The position numbers and the translations under genes were made by a program. Under the pieces are notes generated by a model, which was not told the origin of the DNA, searched no databases, and worked only from the letters and a program-made list of their open reading frames with translations. Source: the human T2T-CHM13v2.0 reference genome, Homo sapiens. From it: DNA of 64,000 bases. Location of the stretch: assembly GCF_009914755.1 (NCBI RefSeq), contig NC_060933.1; one strand, written 5' to 3'. Shown piece by piece: positions 42,873-56,466 of the stretch. How positions within the stretch are numbered: the first letter of the stretch is position 1; each line of letters begins with the position of its first letter.

Positions 42873-43972
42873 TGATACAATCACAGTACAATTATAGTGT
42901 TGTTTGTCCCTTCAAAAATGTATTAAATGGAATTAACCTAATCTGACTCATAAATGAAAACTTTAGCAGGCCCATCTATTAATTACTGTTAAATGATGAT
43001 TTGATTGCCCTAGAGGTACTTTAGTGAAAAAACAGTTTCAATACATAAATTAGATTATCTATGCCAAGATATAAGTCTTCATTCTAACTCCAGTCAAAGC
43101 CTGTTTTACACTGAATGAAAAGATACAGTTTATAGCCTTAAACTTAATGTTCTCATGCCTCTCCTTTCCCCCGGATTCTGACCCCTCTGATGATTCAGGG
43201 ATGGGTGGAAGAGTAATAAGGGCATAGTAAAGGACTTAATGAAAAATCAATTCATAGTTTTCGAGTCTGGTCAAGTTTACAGTTCTTGGTTATGAGCATT
43301 TTTTTGTTAGTGGGAATCTCTGTAAACGTTTATTTGACCCACTAAATTCCATGTAGTCACTTGAGACTTCTTCTGTCGTTGCTAGCTAACCCATAATCAT
43401 GTCCAGCTTCTTACTGCTAGCATCCCTGTGCCCAACTAGGTAACTTTCCTAGCCAGGAGTCAAGACTGCTCCACCCTGACCTCTGTCCTTTGTGATCACA
43501 TCCATTTACAGGAAACATTCATACATCCCTTGCCCTGATAAACTCTGAGTATGCTAGTTAATCCCAATATAGTCTTCTCTACGCTGCTGTCAATGCCACT
43601 TTGGTTTTCTTGAAAATGGGTCAGGAAGCCATCTTCAGGGTCTCCAGATGGCAGGGAGCATATTTTAAACTCTGGGAGTTCCATGAAAGCCCTCTTCACT
43701 AGGCTTGTTGGCAAGGTCGCATACCCCACTGCCCTCAGCAGTGAGTGTAAGTGTAGGAGAGGCAGTGTATTTCATGACTACAGGAAGTGATACAGCATGC
43801 AGTTTATGTGAATGACCGACAGCTGGGAAAAAAAGGGTGTACTTCACAGAAAGTATCGCACCCTCGGAAGTTGTATAGCATGAAAGCTTTGACAGTTGAG
43901 ACTTACAGCATAGCAATTGCTCTCGCCAAAGTTATGTATTCACAAATCACCTGTTTCTTTCTGTGGTTTATA

Positions 43973-44552
43973 TAGTCATCCTTCAGTATCCATTGGGGAT
44001 TGATTTCGCGACCCTCATGGATAACAAAATCTGAGAACGCTCAAGTCCCTTATATAAAATGGCATAGTATTTGCATATAACCTACATATATCCTTCCATA
44101 TACTTGAAATCATCTATAAATTACTTATAGTACCTAACACAATGCCTACACATCACTTCATTCGTGTAGATTCAACCTAGTACTCTGTAAGCTGCTAATT
44201 TAACTTAAGATTTTCTTTTCTTTCTTTTTTTAATTTTTTTCTTTTTTAGATGGGGTCTCTGTCACCCAGGTTAGCTGGGACTACATGTGTGTGCCACCAC
44301 ACCCAGCTAATGTTTGTATTTTTCTTAGAGATGGGGTTTCTCCACGTTATGCAGGCTGGTCTTCAACTCCTGAGCTCAAGCGATCCACCCACCTTGACCA
44401 CCCAAAGTGCTGGGATTACAGATGTGAGCCACCTAGCTAATTTAAGTTTTGCTTTTTGGAACTGCATAAAATCTTTTTTTTTTCCTGAATATTTTATTTG
44501 GTGGCTGGCTGAGTCCAAGGATATGAAACCCACGCATAGGGAGGGCTGACTG
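43973..44552 (+). mobile_element. MER2B (TcMar-Tigger) split by an Alu
   Basis: Ends TAGTCATCCTTCAGTATCC / GGAGGGCTGACTG with TA flanks; CTCAAGTCCCTTATATAAAATGG; CACATCACTTCATTCGTGTAGATTCAAC. Confidence 0.88.
44211..44437 (-). mobile_element. AluJ-type SINE with large internal deletion
   Basis: Junction GTCACCCAGG|TTAGCTGGGACTAC removes much of the right monomer; GAGCTCAAGCGATCC; TSD-like GCTAATTTAA on both sides. Confidence 0.9.
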
Positions 44553-44874
44553 TATTCTGTAACTGAGTCAGAGGGTGCAAAAGTCATGAAACTTGCTCTT
44601 GTACATTTCTTACGATGTTAAATTTTCATATGGAACTCTGTATCCCTCTCCCTTTAAGACCTGATATCTATTATGTTTGCATCTTAGTAAATAATAAGGT
44701 AGAAAAAAAATTGTAATGTCTTGTTAACCAAATATTTTCCAAAATTGTTTTATTACCAAAACTGTTTTTCCCCACATAATATTGACTAATTTTCTTGAAT
44801 CAGTGATAATCCAGGTAACAGAGTTTCAGTGACGCCAACATGTAACCTGAGTTCAAACATAATAGCCAAGATAA

Positions 44875-45352
44875 CTAGTTTTTGTCTGCCCAGAAACAGC
44901 TTTCCACTCTCTTTTTTTTTCATCCTTTTGGAGAATTTTTCTTTTTTTTTCATGTATCAGTGGCCTGTCTTCTGTCAGAAAATAAAAGTGGGCAAAAAAC
45001 TCCCCAAATCAGGCCAAAGCACTTTTTTCCACAGGATATTTTTAATAGAACCAATTTTTCTCCTCCATAGCTTTCTTAAGAAGGAAAAATATGAATCTAG
45101 AGGAGATGAGGGCACCATATTTATCTCCACATGAAGAAAGTTTGTCTGCAGAATGAAGTCAATGTACAGAGGGAGTCAGAGCCAAGAAAGAATATTTTTT
45201 GAGTTCCTGGACATAGCTGAGTCTCACGAGACAAATATATCACCAAACTTGCTTGTTACATGAGAAATCACATTCTGTTTTTTTCTTTCTCCCAAGATAG
45301 TTTGGGTTAGCTCTCTGTCTCACTTGCAACTACAAAAAATTTGACCAAAACA
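44875..45352 (+). mobile_element. Old MaLR LTR (MLT1J/K-like)
   Basis: TTTTTGTCTGCCCAG start; TGTCTGCAGAATGAAGTCAA; TTGAGTTCCTGGA; CTGTCTCACTTGCAACT...GACCAAAACA end. Confidence 0.6.
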
Positions 45353-48300
45353 CCCTAAATGTACCAACAACCCCTAATTAATTGTTTTCCTTTGGGAAAT
45401 ATTAGAAAACTATTGGGTTTTTTTTTTTTACCCCCAATAGCAAATTCGCAGGCATATCACAGGCAAATATTAGATGCTTCATCATTTTCCCCAATCTGTC
45501 TCCTATTTCCTATGATCCTTAATACAAAGCCAGAAACCCTGTTTGTTAGATAACTTTGCTATGCTAATGCCAAATCTGACTCCAATATCTCTTACTCTTT
45601 GCAGAACATAATAAGGCAATATCAAAGTAATATTAAATCAGTTGGCTTAACTCAAAAGCATAATTTATGTTTTGCAGTTTATGTCAATTCATGACTGCCA
45701 CTAAACTAAAGCTAATGATGTTTGTACCTGAACTTCGTATTTTAAAATGAGCAAGTATATTCAGTTCTAAAGGAATATATACAAAAGTAACAGTTCCCAC
45801 TGGAACCTTCTTTCTTATGCTTGTGATACACTTGGAATTATTTGCTAGTATCTACTATTATTCTTAGCGATTGAGGTACATGCTTACTAAAATTAGAATA
45901 TATTTCTAAACTCAGAAGAACATGCATAGTCCACTTGAGGAACCTACTTGTTATTAAACGCTTCCCTGTGTTGGATCAAAGGATGAGCAACCACGGGAAA
46001 TCAAAGAATAAAAATAAGCGTAAGACTGAACCAATTTAAAAAGCCATATTTTATTAAATGCCACTGCTATTAAATATTTTTATAGTTTCCCATCCTCTAG
46101 TGAATTTAATCTTGAGAAAAAATATACATCACTAATAGATTGGTATATGTTTGTGTGTATTGAAAATAATACATAAGCTTTTCAAGACTTAAGACATATA
46201 TGTTTAAATAATTATCAAAAAAGGTAAGCATATAATGATCTTATCTTTCAAAATTCAGCCTCACATCATCAAGTAATGACGATTACCACAATAAGTTGCC
46301 CTTTGGAAAAGACAGATAGAAGAAAAATAGAAAGAGCGTAATACAGCTAGACTAAGCTACATATAGCACCTGCTAGAGTTGTGTAGTATGGAAGTTTTGG
46401 TGGGTAGAGACCCACTGAAGAGAAACAGTTCTCTCCAAAGAAATACATTCACAAATCTTTCTCATGACACTTAATCTCTAAGTGAGTTAACCTGTTAAAA
46501 ATCTTCCTTTAACTAAGTAGGTAAAGCACTGATCAACTGCATTTCATAATTTTAAATGGCCACACTGGTATAAAAAAAATTGGATGGTTATTGCCATAAA
46601 TTTATGAACAGAAAGAGTAAAATTGGAAAATGTAGTTTTATTTTAATTTAAGGGATTTTTCTAAAAATCAAAATGAGTGCATTCTTTGAGGCTTAATATA
46701 GATCTCTTTTTTTTGGCAGAACAACAAATGATGAAAGTAAAAGAGAGTGAACAGAGTTTTCCTATGGGAATTTAACCACATAGTTATTAGTGATGGGAAA
46801 TTCATGTCTGGCTCAAAGATGCACGTATTCATAGGACTTTAGAGCTAAAGAAAATATGTAATCAGCAAATCCTACTCCTTTAGTTTACAAATGGGAAAAC
46901 GAAACTCAAAAAGTTGAAGTGATTTGCTCAATGTCATACAAGGAGATACTAATAAATCTATACATGAAATTTAGTTTGTAGCCTTTTTCTATAAAATCGT
47001 GAACTTGCATATCTCTCAATTACTTTAAAGCCCTCAAAAATCCTACCCTTCCATCTTCATCTTCTCTGCTAAAATCAGAATCTTCAGGCTAGCAATGGGG
47101 CACACAAGGACAATTAATCCCACGTAATCACTGCACACCATGTAAATAATCAGCTGTCATTTTCTCAACTAAATTCCCTAATTAATACAATAATCAAAAC
47201 AGAACTTTCAAAATATGTGTTTACCTTTTGAAAAGTTAAATATCTTGTGTAAGTATTGTAAAGATGCTCTTAATGGGAAAATAACTTTAAAAAGTTATGA
47301 TCTAGTATGTAATAATTTTATAATAAGAGCATGCATTAAATATTATAAAAGCTGAAAGATTTTAAGTTTAGGGTATGTGCATTTATCACCTTTAAATTTA
47401 TAACTTCCAACTGTAAGCCTGAATAAGATATAAATTCATTTGTCTTTGAGTGAATTAAAGTAAAATGGTTTATTTTGATCATTAAACTTTCATATGATTT
47501 ACAACTTCTTGGCAACAAACGCATATTTTTTATTGTCTAAAAGGCATAAAATACAACTACCTCAGAAATTATCTCTTGTCCATCTCCATATACGGCAAGG
47601 ATTCTGGAGGACAAAAAAAGCACTCCAGTTTATTGAAGATTACCCAACTCCAATGGTGGTATCACTATCAGAAGTCATCTATTGAGTTTCAGCTTGCTGT
47701 ACTTTCTACCACTTGTTACTAGAGCATACCTTCAACTTCAATAAATGGACCTTTTGTCGTCTCTGATATTTAGCTTTACTTTATATTAAGGACATCCTTT
47801 AATCTGTGAAGTGACTGTCAATAGCTACACACAAAAATTCTTAACTCTTCTTTACCTCAGTTATGGAAGAAATAGAAATTGAGGTGACAGCCTGCAGTAG
47901 ACAGCACAAAGGATCATGAGGAATCAAGTGGGGTTATTTCCACAGCCATTTGCTACTCTCAGCTTAGAAGACTCTTATGTCATGTTGGGTTCTTTCTTCT
48001 AAGGGCTGGCATCACTTGAGAGAAGAAACAGGGCAAAGAATGCAGCATCCTCAGTTGAGGTCAGGAATACTGAAAAGGGATATTAATGGATTGAGCGTCA
48101 AAATGTCGTGATGGATGTCTTTCCAAGTATTTAACAGAGGAAGCAATTTGCAGGCTGGACAACCTGATTTCTAAATTCTAGCAGTTTCTCCTTCCACTCA
48201 GGATCCTGACTGCTCAAAATTAAATCACAATAAAGATAAATGCAATGTGTTAAGTTGTCCCTGAACTATTGGAATCAGATAAGAGGTGTACAGCATTGTG

Positions 48301-50261
48301 GGGAGATCACATAAGATTGTGATAACTCAAATGCTCAATTTGTCAAATGGCTCCTTCTGTTGGTGCAGAGAGCTGAAGCATTTTCATGAGCTTCAGATCA
48401 AGATCTTGAGCAAATGCTAGAAATAACTATTTTGTTTTGTGGGGGAACAAAGATAAATGTGTTCTGAATTATGAGGAGGAAAAACTAGGTGTGATTAAGC
48501 TTACATATTTCCAATGCGTGTTTCTTCAGGAATAAAACTACATAAACATTTTATTTGCCTCCAGTTCTCATTATTCTGCACACTATTTTCAGTCCTGGTA
48601 AAAGTAACAGCAATAGCACTTTGCATTTATACAGCACCATTTGTCCAAAAACTCAGTAATATTATGGATAGAAATAGTTTAATTTATTCTTACAGTGCAT
48701 TTTTATGTAAATAAAGGGTTATATTTCATTTTACCTTTTTGTTTTTTTGTTTTAGATATAGAATAAATTAAAATCCAATTGGCAAAGTTTTGCAGAGAAC
48801 ATTACATAATAACTGAAAACTGCTTCCCTATTCACCATTATACTTCCATCAAGGACAGGGATTTGGCAAATACTTTGGCAAAAAATATCACAATAGAAGT
48901 TTAAAAATACTCCCCCTACCTGCATTTGAGCCATTAGCTTACATGCAGCTTTTCCTACCAAGCCACCAAGTCTCTCTTGCAACACTCTTTTTGCTTGAAG
49001 AAATGCAAATCTCTGTGAACAGTTAATTATATTAAATTTTTAATGTCATTTAAGACCAGATTTTGAACCCAAAAAAGATGCTTACTCAATCATTAAATTA
49101 TAAGCCAAGCATAGGAGCCACTTTGTATAAGCAATGGGCTTTCAAATAATGGTCAAGTGCTGTAAAGTCATTTAAAAATTAAATGTGTTTATAGGCATAT
49201 GTTATAATAGTCAAAAATACTGCAAACTAGATGAAACTGAGTATATAAAACAGTGGAAAGGGCTTAGGACTCTTCTCAGAATAACTGATGAGGGGAAAAT
49301 GGTTAAATATTCAGGAAATATATCAGGATCATTAACATCATGATCAAGGACTCAAGAAATAATTAGGCTTCTGACAATCAGAATCCTGGACAGATTAACA
49401 AGTCCAGTAAATAGTCCTCAAACAGTGATTTGTCTCTACCATTGAACTTTTAATGGCACCAGAAGTAACCAGCTTTCCTCCTTCAGCATGAAACTCTTCA
49501 AAAAGTTATTTCCCTCTCAGCAACAGTGATTGATTAGATGTGGACTGAACCTCTCATGTATGTATCACAGATTTTCTGACTTGAGAGCCTGTGTTCAGTC
49601 TGTCCAGACATATTTTAATTTTCCTCCTAGCTCTCTTCCATGCTATTTGTCATTTTTGGTTCCTACATTTTCTAATGTGAGGAAAAAATTTGAAATTCTC
49701 AAAAATCCTGTTTTACAAAAAAATTAAAAAGATGGCCTAACCTCAAGACCTTATGTAACACTGAAAAATGTCTATATTAAAAAGCCATGCTTTAAGTGAA
49801 TTTGAGAAATCTGAAGTACAGGAAGAAGAGAAATACAAAGAAATAAAATAAATTGCTACCATTAGGTATCATAATAACCTGTATTCAAGTGCACTAACAA
49901 GTAAAAAAGAGTAATAGTAAATAATGCTATGAACCTCCAAAACATAGATAAAAATGAGTTAAAAGAAGAATTCCACTGTGTGTGTATGAGTGTGTGTGTG
50001 TGTCTATGAATAGCACCATTATGTTTTGTCATTGAGTTCAAACTCCATTTCAAATAATGTTATGATGTGAGTAGACTGGGAAACCTCTCCTAAATCGGTA
50101 TTTATAATGTACAGAGTGATTCTTAATCTAAAGTTTTAGTTTCTGAAAACATACATTATCCAAAGCCTCAGAGAGCACAAGTAGTTAGGCAACTAGGTAA
50201 AAGCAATGGTCTATAATGTTTCATGTAGAATGCCAGGAGACATACATTCAAAATGAAGGAT

Positions 50262-53200
50262 CAACATCCCAGAGTCTGAAAAATAGCTAAAGCAGTGTTA
50301 AGAGGGAAGTTTACGAAGCTAAATGCTTAATCAACAAGTTAGAAAGATCTCAAATTAACAACTTAACATACCTAAAAGAATGAAAGAAACAAGGGCAAAT
50401 CAGCTCTAAAACTAGCAGAAAACAAGGAAAAGATGAAATCAGAGCTGAACTGAAAAAACTGATATGTGAAAAACCATACAAAAAAAAATCAATGAATCCA
50501 GGAGGTTTTTTTTTTGAAAGAATAACATAGATAGATAGACCCCTAAGTGGACTAATAAAGAAAAAAGAAGATCCAAATAAAAACAATCAGATATAACAAA
50601 GGGAATGTTACCACTGACCCCAAAGAAGTAAAAAAAAAAAAAAAAGTCCCTCAGAGACTACTAGGGACACCACTATGCACACAGCTAAAAAACTTAGAAG
50701 AAATGGATAAATTCCTGGAAACACAACCTCCCAAGATTGAACTCCTCAAAATATTGTATCCCTGAAGAGCCCAATAATGAGCTCCAAAATTGAATCAGTA
50801 ATAAAAAGCCTACCAACCAACAAAAAAAAAAAAAAAGAAAGAAAAAAATGGCAAGGACCATAGCCAAATCCTACCAAATGTATAATGAAGAGCTGGTACC
50901 ATTGCCACTATAACTAGTCCAATAAACTGAGGAGGAGGGGCTCCTCCATAACTCATTCTATGAGGCCACCATCATCCTGATACCAAAACATGGCAGAGAC
51001 ACAACAAAAAACTTCAGACTAATACTCTTGATGAACATAGATGCAAAAATCCTCAACAAAATACTAGCAAATCCAATTCAGCAGCATATCAAAAACGAAT
51101 CCATCACAATCAAGTAGGCTTTTATCCCTGGGATGCAAGTTCAATTCAACAGACTCAAATCACATAACCAGAACTAAAAACAAAAACCACATGATCATTT
51201 CAAGATACAGAAAAGGCTTTGATAAAATTCAACGTCCCTTCATGCTAAAAACTCTCAACAAACTAGGCATTGAAGAAACATACTTTAAAATAATAAGAGC
51301 CATCTATGACAAACCCACAACTAACATCACTGAATAGGAAAAAGCTGGCAGAATGCCCCTTAAAAACCAGCACAAGACAAGCATGCCCTCTCTCACCACT
51401 CCTATTCAACATAGTCATAACCAGAGCATTAAGGCAAGAGAAAGAAATAAAAGGCATCCAAATAGAAAGAGAGGAAGTCAAACTATCACTGTTTATAGAT
51501 GATATGATTCTATGTCTAGGAAATCCCATAGTCTCGACTCAAAAGCTCCCTGATGTGATAAACAGTTTTAGTCATGTTTCAGGATACAAAATCAATGTAC
51601 AAAAATAAGTACACAAACAATATCCAAGGTGAGAGCCAAATCAAGAATGCAATCCCATTTACAATTGCCACACCAAAAAAAAAAAAACTAGTAATGCAGC
51701 TAACCACAGAGATGAAAAATCTCCACAGTGAGAATTACAAAACACTGCTCAAAAAAGTCAGAGATGACATGACACAAACAATGGAAAACATGCCATGCCC
51801 ATGGATGGGAAGAATCAATATTGTTAAAGTAGCCATATTGCCCAAAGCAATTTACAAATTCAATGCTATACCTATGAATATACCATTGACATTTTTCACA
51901 GAATTGTAAAAAATCTACTTTAGAATTCATGTTAAACCAAAAAAAGAGCTCAAATAGCCAAGACAATCCTAAGCCCAAAGAACAAAGCTGGAGGCATCAT
52001 GCTACCCAAATTCAAACTATACAACAGGGCTATAGTAACCGAAACAGCATAGTACTGGTACAAAAACAGACACATAGACCAAGGAAATGGGATAGAGAAC
52101 CCAGAAATAATGCTGCACAACTACAACCATCTGATCTTTGACAAAACTGACAAAAACAAGCAATGGGGAAAGGACTCCCTATTTAGTAAATGGTTCTGGG
52201 ATAACTGGCTAGCACTATGCAGAAGATTGACACTGGACCCCTTCCTTATACCATACACAAAAATCAACTCAAGATGGATTAAAGACTTAAACGTAAAACC
52301 CAAAACTCTAAAAACTCTGGAAGACAACTTAGGAAATACCATTCATGACATAAGCACAAACAAAGAGTTAATGACGAAAATGCCAAAAGCAATTGCAACA
52401 AAGGCCAAAATTGACAAATGGGATCGAATTAAAAAGCTTCTGCACAACAACAACAAAAGAAGCTATCAACAGAGTAAACAGACAACCTCCAGAATGGGAG
52501 AAAATTTTTGCAAACTATTCATTCGACAGAGGTCTACTATCTGGCATCTATAAGGAATTAACCAAATTTACAGGAAAAAAACAAACAGCCCCATTAAAAC
52601 ATGGGCAAAAGACATGAACAGGCACCTCTCAAAAGAAGACATACATGTGGCCAATGATAATATGAAAGAAAGCTTAAAATCACTGATCATTAGGGAAGTG
52701 CAAATCAAAACCACATTGATTTGCCATCTCACAACCTGTCAGAATGCTTATTATTATAAAGTCAAAAAATAACATATGTTGGTGGGTTGCAGAGCAAAGG
52801 GAATGCTTATACACTGCTGGTGGGAATGTATAATTAGTTCTGCCATTGTGGAAAGCAGTTTGGCAATTTCTAAAGGAACTTAAAACAGAATTACCCTTTG
52901 ACCCAGCAATCCCATTATTGGGTGTATACTCAAAGGAATTAGGAATACACATCATTCTACCATAAAGACACAAGCATGCATATGTTTATCACAATCCTAT
53001 TCACAATAGCAAAGACATAGAATCAACCTAACATGCACATCAACAATAACATGGATAGACTGGATAAAGACTGGATAGACTTTATCCAGTCTGGATAAAG
53101 AAAATGCGATATAAATACACCATAAAATATCACACAGCCATAAAAAAGAATATCATAAAATATCACACAGCCGTAAAAAAGAATGAGATTATGTCCTTTG

Positions 53201-53524
53201 CAGCAACATGGATGGAGGTGGAGCCATTATCCTAAGCAAACTAATGCAAGAACAAAAACCAAATGCCATATGTTTTCATACCTAAGTGGAAATTAACATT
53301 GACTACAGATGGACTCAAAGAAGGGAACAACAGTTACACTGGGGCCTACATGTGGGTGGAGCGTGAGAAGAGGGTGAGGATAGAAAAACTACCTATCAGG
53401 TACCATGCTTATTACCTGGGTGATGATGAAATAATCTGTACACCAAACCCTGTGACACGCAATTTACCTACATAACAAACCTGCACATGTACCCCCGAAC
53501 CTGAAATAAAAGTTAAAAAAAAAA
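50262..53524 (+). mobile_element. 5'-truncated L1PA15/16-like LINE-1 (~3.3 kb, decayed ORF2)
   Basis: ORF track gives ORF2 peptides ([36 protein letters not shown]); 3' UTR GAGGATAGAAAAACTACCTATCAGGTACC...AATAAAAGTTAAAA. Confidence 0.95.
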
Positions 53525-53640
53525 TGTAAATAAATGTATTTTAAAGAATTTTTAAATATAAAAGCACAGTTGAATTTAGAAAAAAAAAGGATCAGTATAG
53601 CATATATTCTTATTTAAGGCAACTTGCAGTTAATAGTATT

Positions 53641-56170
53641 TATTCATTTACTCACTCATTTACTCGACAACCAAAAATATATCTTAAATACTCATTACAT
53701 ACCAGGCACTTTTATAGGTATAGAGGTTATATCAGTAAATAAAATAGTCAAAAATCTCTGCCTTCATGAAGTTTCTGTGGGAAAGACCATGTAAAAGTTG
53801 ATAAATCTATAGAGTAAGATTCAAGGTGTTACTGAGGAAATAAAGCTGCAGAGGAGAACCAGGAGGCCTAGTTGGGGATTGGGATATAAGTTAAATAGAG
53901 GGCTCAGAGAAGAACTCTCAAGAAGATGGCAGTTAAGCAAAGACTTGAAGGAGGTGAGGAAATTCACTCTGTAGATAGATTGGGGTATAGCATCATAGGA
54001 AGGAGGGTATAAACAAATGCGAGATTGCAGAGGTGGGAGTCTACCTAACATTTGTGAAGATCTGTATGGCTGATGAAAAGTGGGAAGGATAGGAAGTAGT
54101 AGGAGAGGAAGTGAGAAATATAATAAAAGGTGGGAAGACAAATCATGTAGGGTTTTTAGGCCATTTTAAAGACATTGGCTTTTATTCCAAGTAAAATCTG
54201 AATTCACTGGAGAGTTTTTAAGCAGAGAAATGACTTCTGCTGATGCATGCTTTGGCAGATCTACTCAGAATGCTTTGCTGAGAACAGACTTCAGAGGGAT
54301 AAGATGAAAACAGAAAGATCAGTCAGGAAACTATTGTAAAAATCTACAGCAGGGTGTTTGCAGATAGAACCAGGACGATTATAGAAAAGGTACTGAAAAA
54401 TGGGAAAATTCAGATATATTTTAATGATAGGGACAACAGAATTTTCTGTTGTAAGTTTTGAAACAAGAAACAGAGACAATATACAAAAACTAACAAAACC
54501 CTTGGGGGAATGCGGGATATTTTGTCCTGAGCAATTAAAAGTGAAATTACCACTAACTGAGGTGGGAACAATTGTACCAGGACCTGATCTGTGTGACAGA
54601 AGAAAATCAAGAGCTCTAGCTTGCACCTGTTAAGTTTAGACATTTTTCAGGTATCACAGTAAAGTTGTCTATAATCCAGGGGTGAGGTCCACACTAGAAA
54701 GAAAATGCTGTCAGTCATCAGATGGTATTTAAAGCACAAAGCCAAATAAGAATCCCAAGACAGCATAGATAGAAAAAAGGTCAAAGCAACTGACAAAGTC
54801 CAACATTAAGAGATCAAGAAGATGAGGATAAAACCATTAAAAAGATTAATATAGTGAAGATGACAAAGAAAAAAGAAAATCAGAAGAAATGTGGTGTCAA
54901 AAAGTCAAGTGAAGAAAGCAATTTAAGGAGAAAGGAATCTTCAGCTATGTCCTATGTGAATGATAAATCAAGTCATGAGAATCAAAACTTGACCATTAGA
55001 TTTAGCATTGTGATGTCATTGGTAACCATGCCAGAAGTAGTTTTAGTAGAGAGGCGAAGGTTGCTGAGAGAATGGGGAAAAGAATTGGAGGCAGAAAGCG
55101 TAAACAACTGTTTTGAGGAATTTTGCTACAAGGATGAGCAAAAAAATGGTGTGATACCTGGAGGGTAGTAGAGATGAATAATTTTTTTAAAAATAGAAGC
55201 ATACAATTTTGGGGAACAGCACTGTGATGAGACTGATAGAGTAGAAAAGGGAAATTTGGTGATAGAGGACAGAGAGTGATGTTTTTGAGTAGGCAAGAAA
55301 AGATGAATCTATTATATCAGTAAACAGGTGGGCCTTAGATACAGGCATGGTGAGTTCATCCCTGGGAACAACAGAGAGAGAGGACACATGCAAACAGATG
55401 CAGATGGAGGATTTATGAAGAAAGTTTGTAGTATTTTTCTTGCAACTTTCAATTTTCTAAGTGAATTGGGAAGTACAGTCATTGACTAAGAATAGGCATA
55501 AATTTAAGAAAGGGAAATGTTTAATAAGACATTGGGATAATAAATAAGCTGGAAATTGTATGATGCTAGAAGTATTTAGATTCATTTAAAGTTAGTGGAT
55601 AGTAATTTTAGATGAGAATAATCAGCATGTTTCTAGATATTTCTCTAGCCATAGTCAACTGCATGAATGCAAATGTGTGCAGGAAACAGTACAGGCCAGG
55701 CACGGTGGCTCACACCTATAATCCCAGCACTCTGAGATGCTGAGGCGGGTGGATAATTTGAGGTCAGGAGATCGAGACCAACCTGGCCAAAATGATAAAA
55801 CCCCATCTATACTAAAAATACAAAAAAAAAAAAAATTAGATGGGCATGGTGGCCCTATGCCCAGCTACTCAGGAGGCTGAAGCAGGAGAATCCCTTGAAC
55901 CTGGGAGGCGGAGGTTGCAAGCCGAGATTGTGCCACTGCACTCCAGCCTGGGTGACAGAATGAGTGAGACTCCATCTCAAAATAACTAAATAATAACAGT
56001 TATACTTTTCCAGGGTTGATGTTTTGTCAAGTATGTAAAGTGAGAGGGTGGTAAAGAAGTTGCATGTGTGTATCACGGCATGGTTTAATGATGGTCAACA
56101 AATTCAAGCTGGGGTGGAGGGTTACAAGGACATGCAGGGGTAGAGAGGGTGTAGAAAGCTATGAGAATAA
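53641..56170 (-). mobile_element. Long L2 (L2a-like) remnant interrupted by an Alu
   Basis: TCATTTACTC.. tail; CCAGGCACT; CTCTGCCTTCATGAAG; GGCTTTTATTCCAAGT; TTGACCATTAGATTTAGCA; TCATTGGTAACC. Confidence 0.8.
55694..55995 (+). mobile_element. AluS SINE
   Basis: Full dimer; degenerate TSD AACAGT. Confidence 0.95.
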
Positions 56171-56175
56171 TTGAA

Positions 56176-56466
56176 TTTTTTTTTTTTTTTGAGATGGAAT
56201 GTCACCCAAGCTGGAGTGCAGTAGCACGATCTCGGCTCACTGCAACCTCCGCCTCCTAGGTTCAAGCGGTTCTCCTCCCTTGGCCTCCTGAGTAGCTGGG
56301 ATTACAGGCACCTGCCACCACGTCCAGCTAATTTTTTTGTATTTTTAGTAGAGACGGGGTTTCACCATGTTGGCCAGGGTGGTTTTGAACTCCTGACCTC
56401 AGGTGATCTGCCCACCTCGGCCTCCCAAAATGCTGGGATTACAGGCATGAGCCACCGTGTCTGGCC
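56176..56466 (-). mobile_element. AluS(x) SINE
   Basis: Poly-T plus antisense dimer; CTGACCTCAGGTGATCTGCCC. Confidence 0.95.

Noticed and set aside
51306-52617. ORFs with reverse-transcriptase-like peptides
   Set aside because: Frameshifted fragments of a dead, 5'-truncated L1 ORF2, not a host gene
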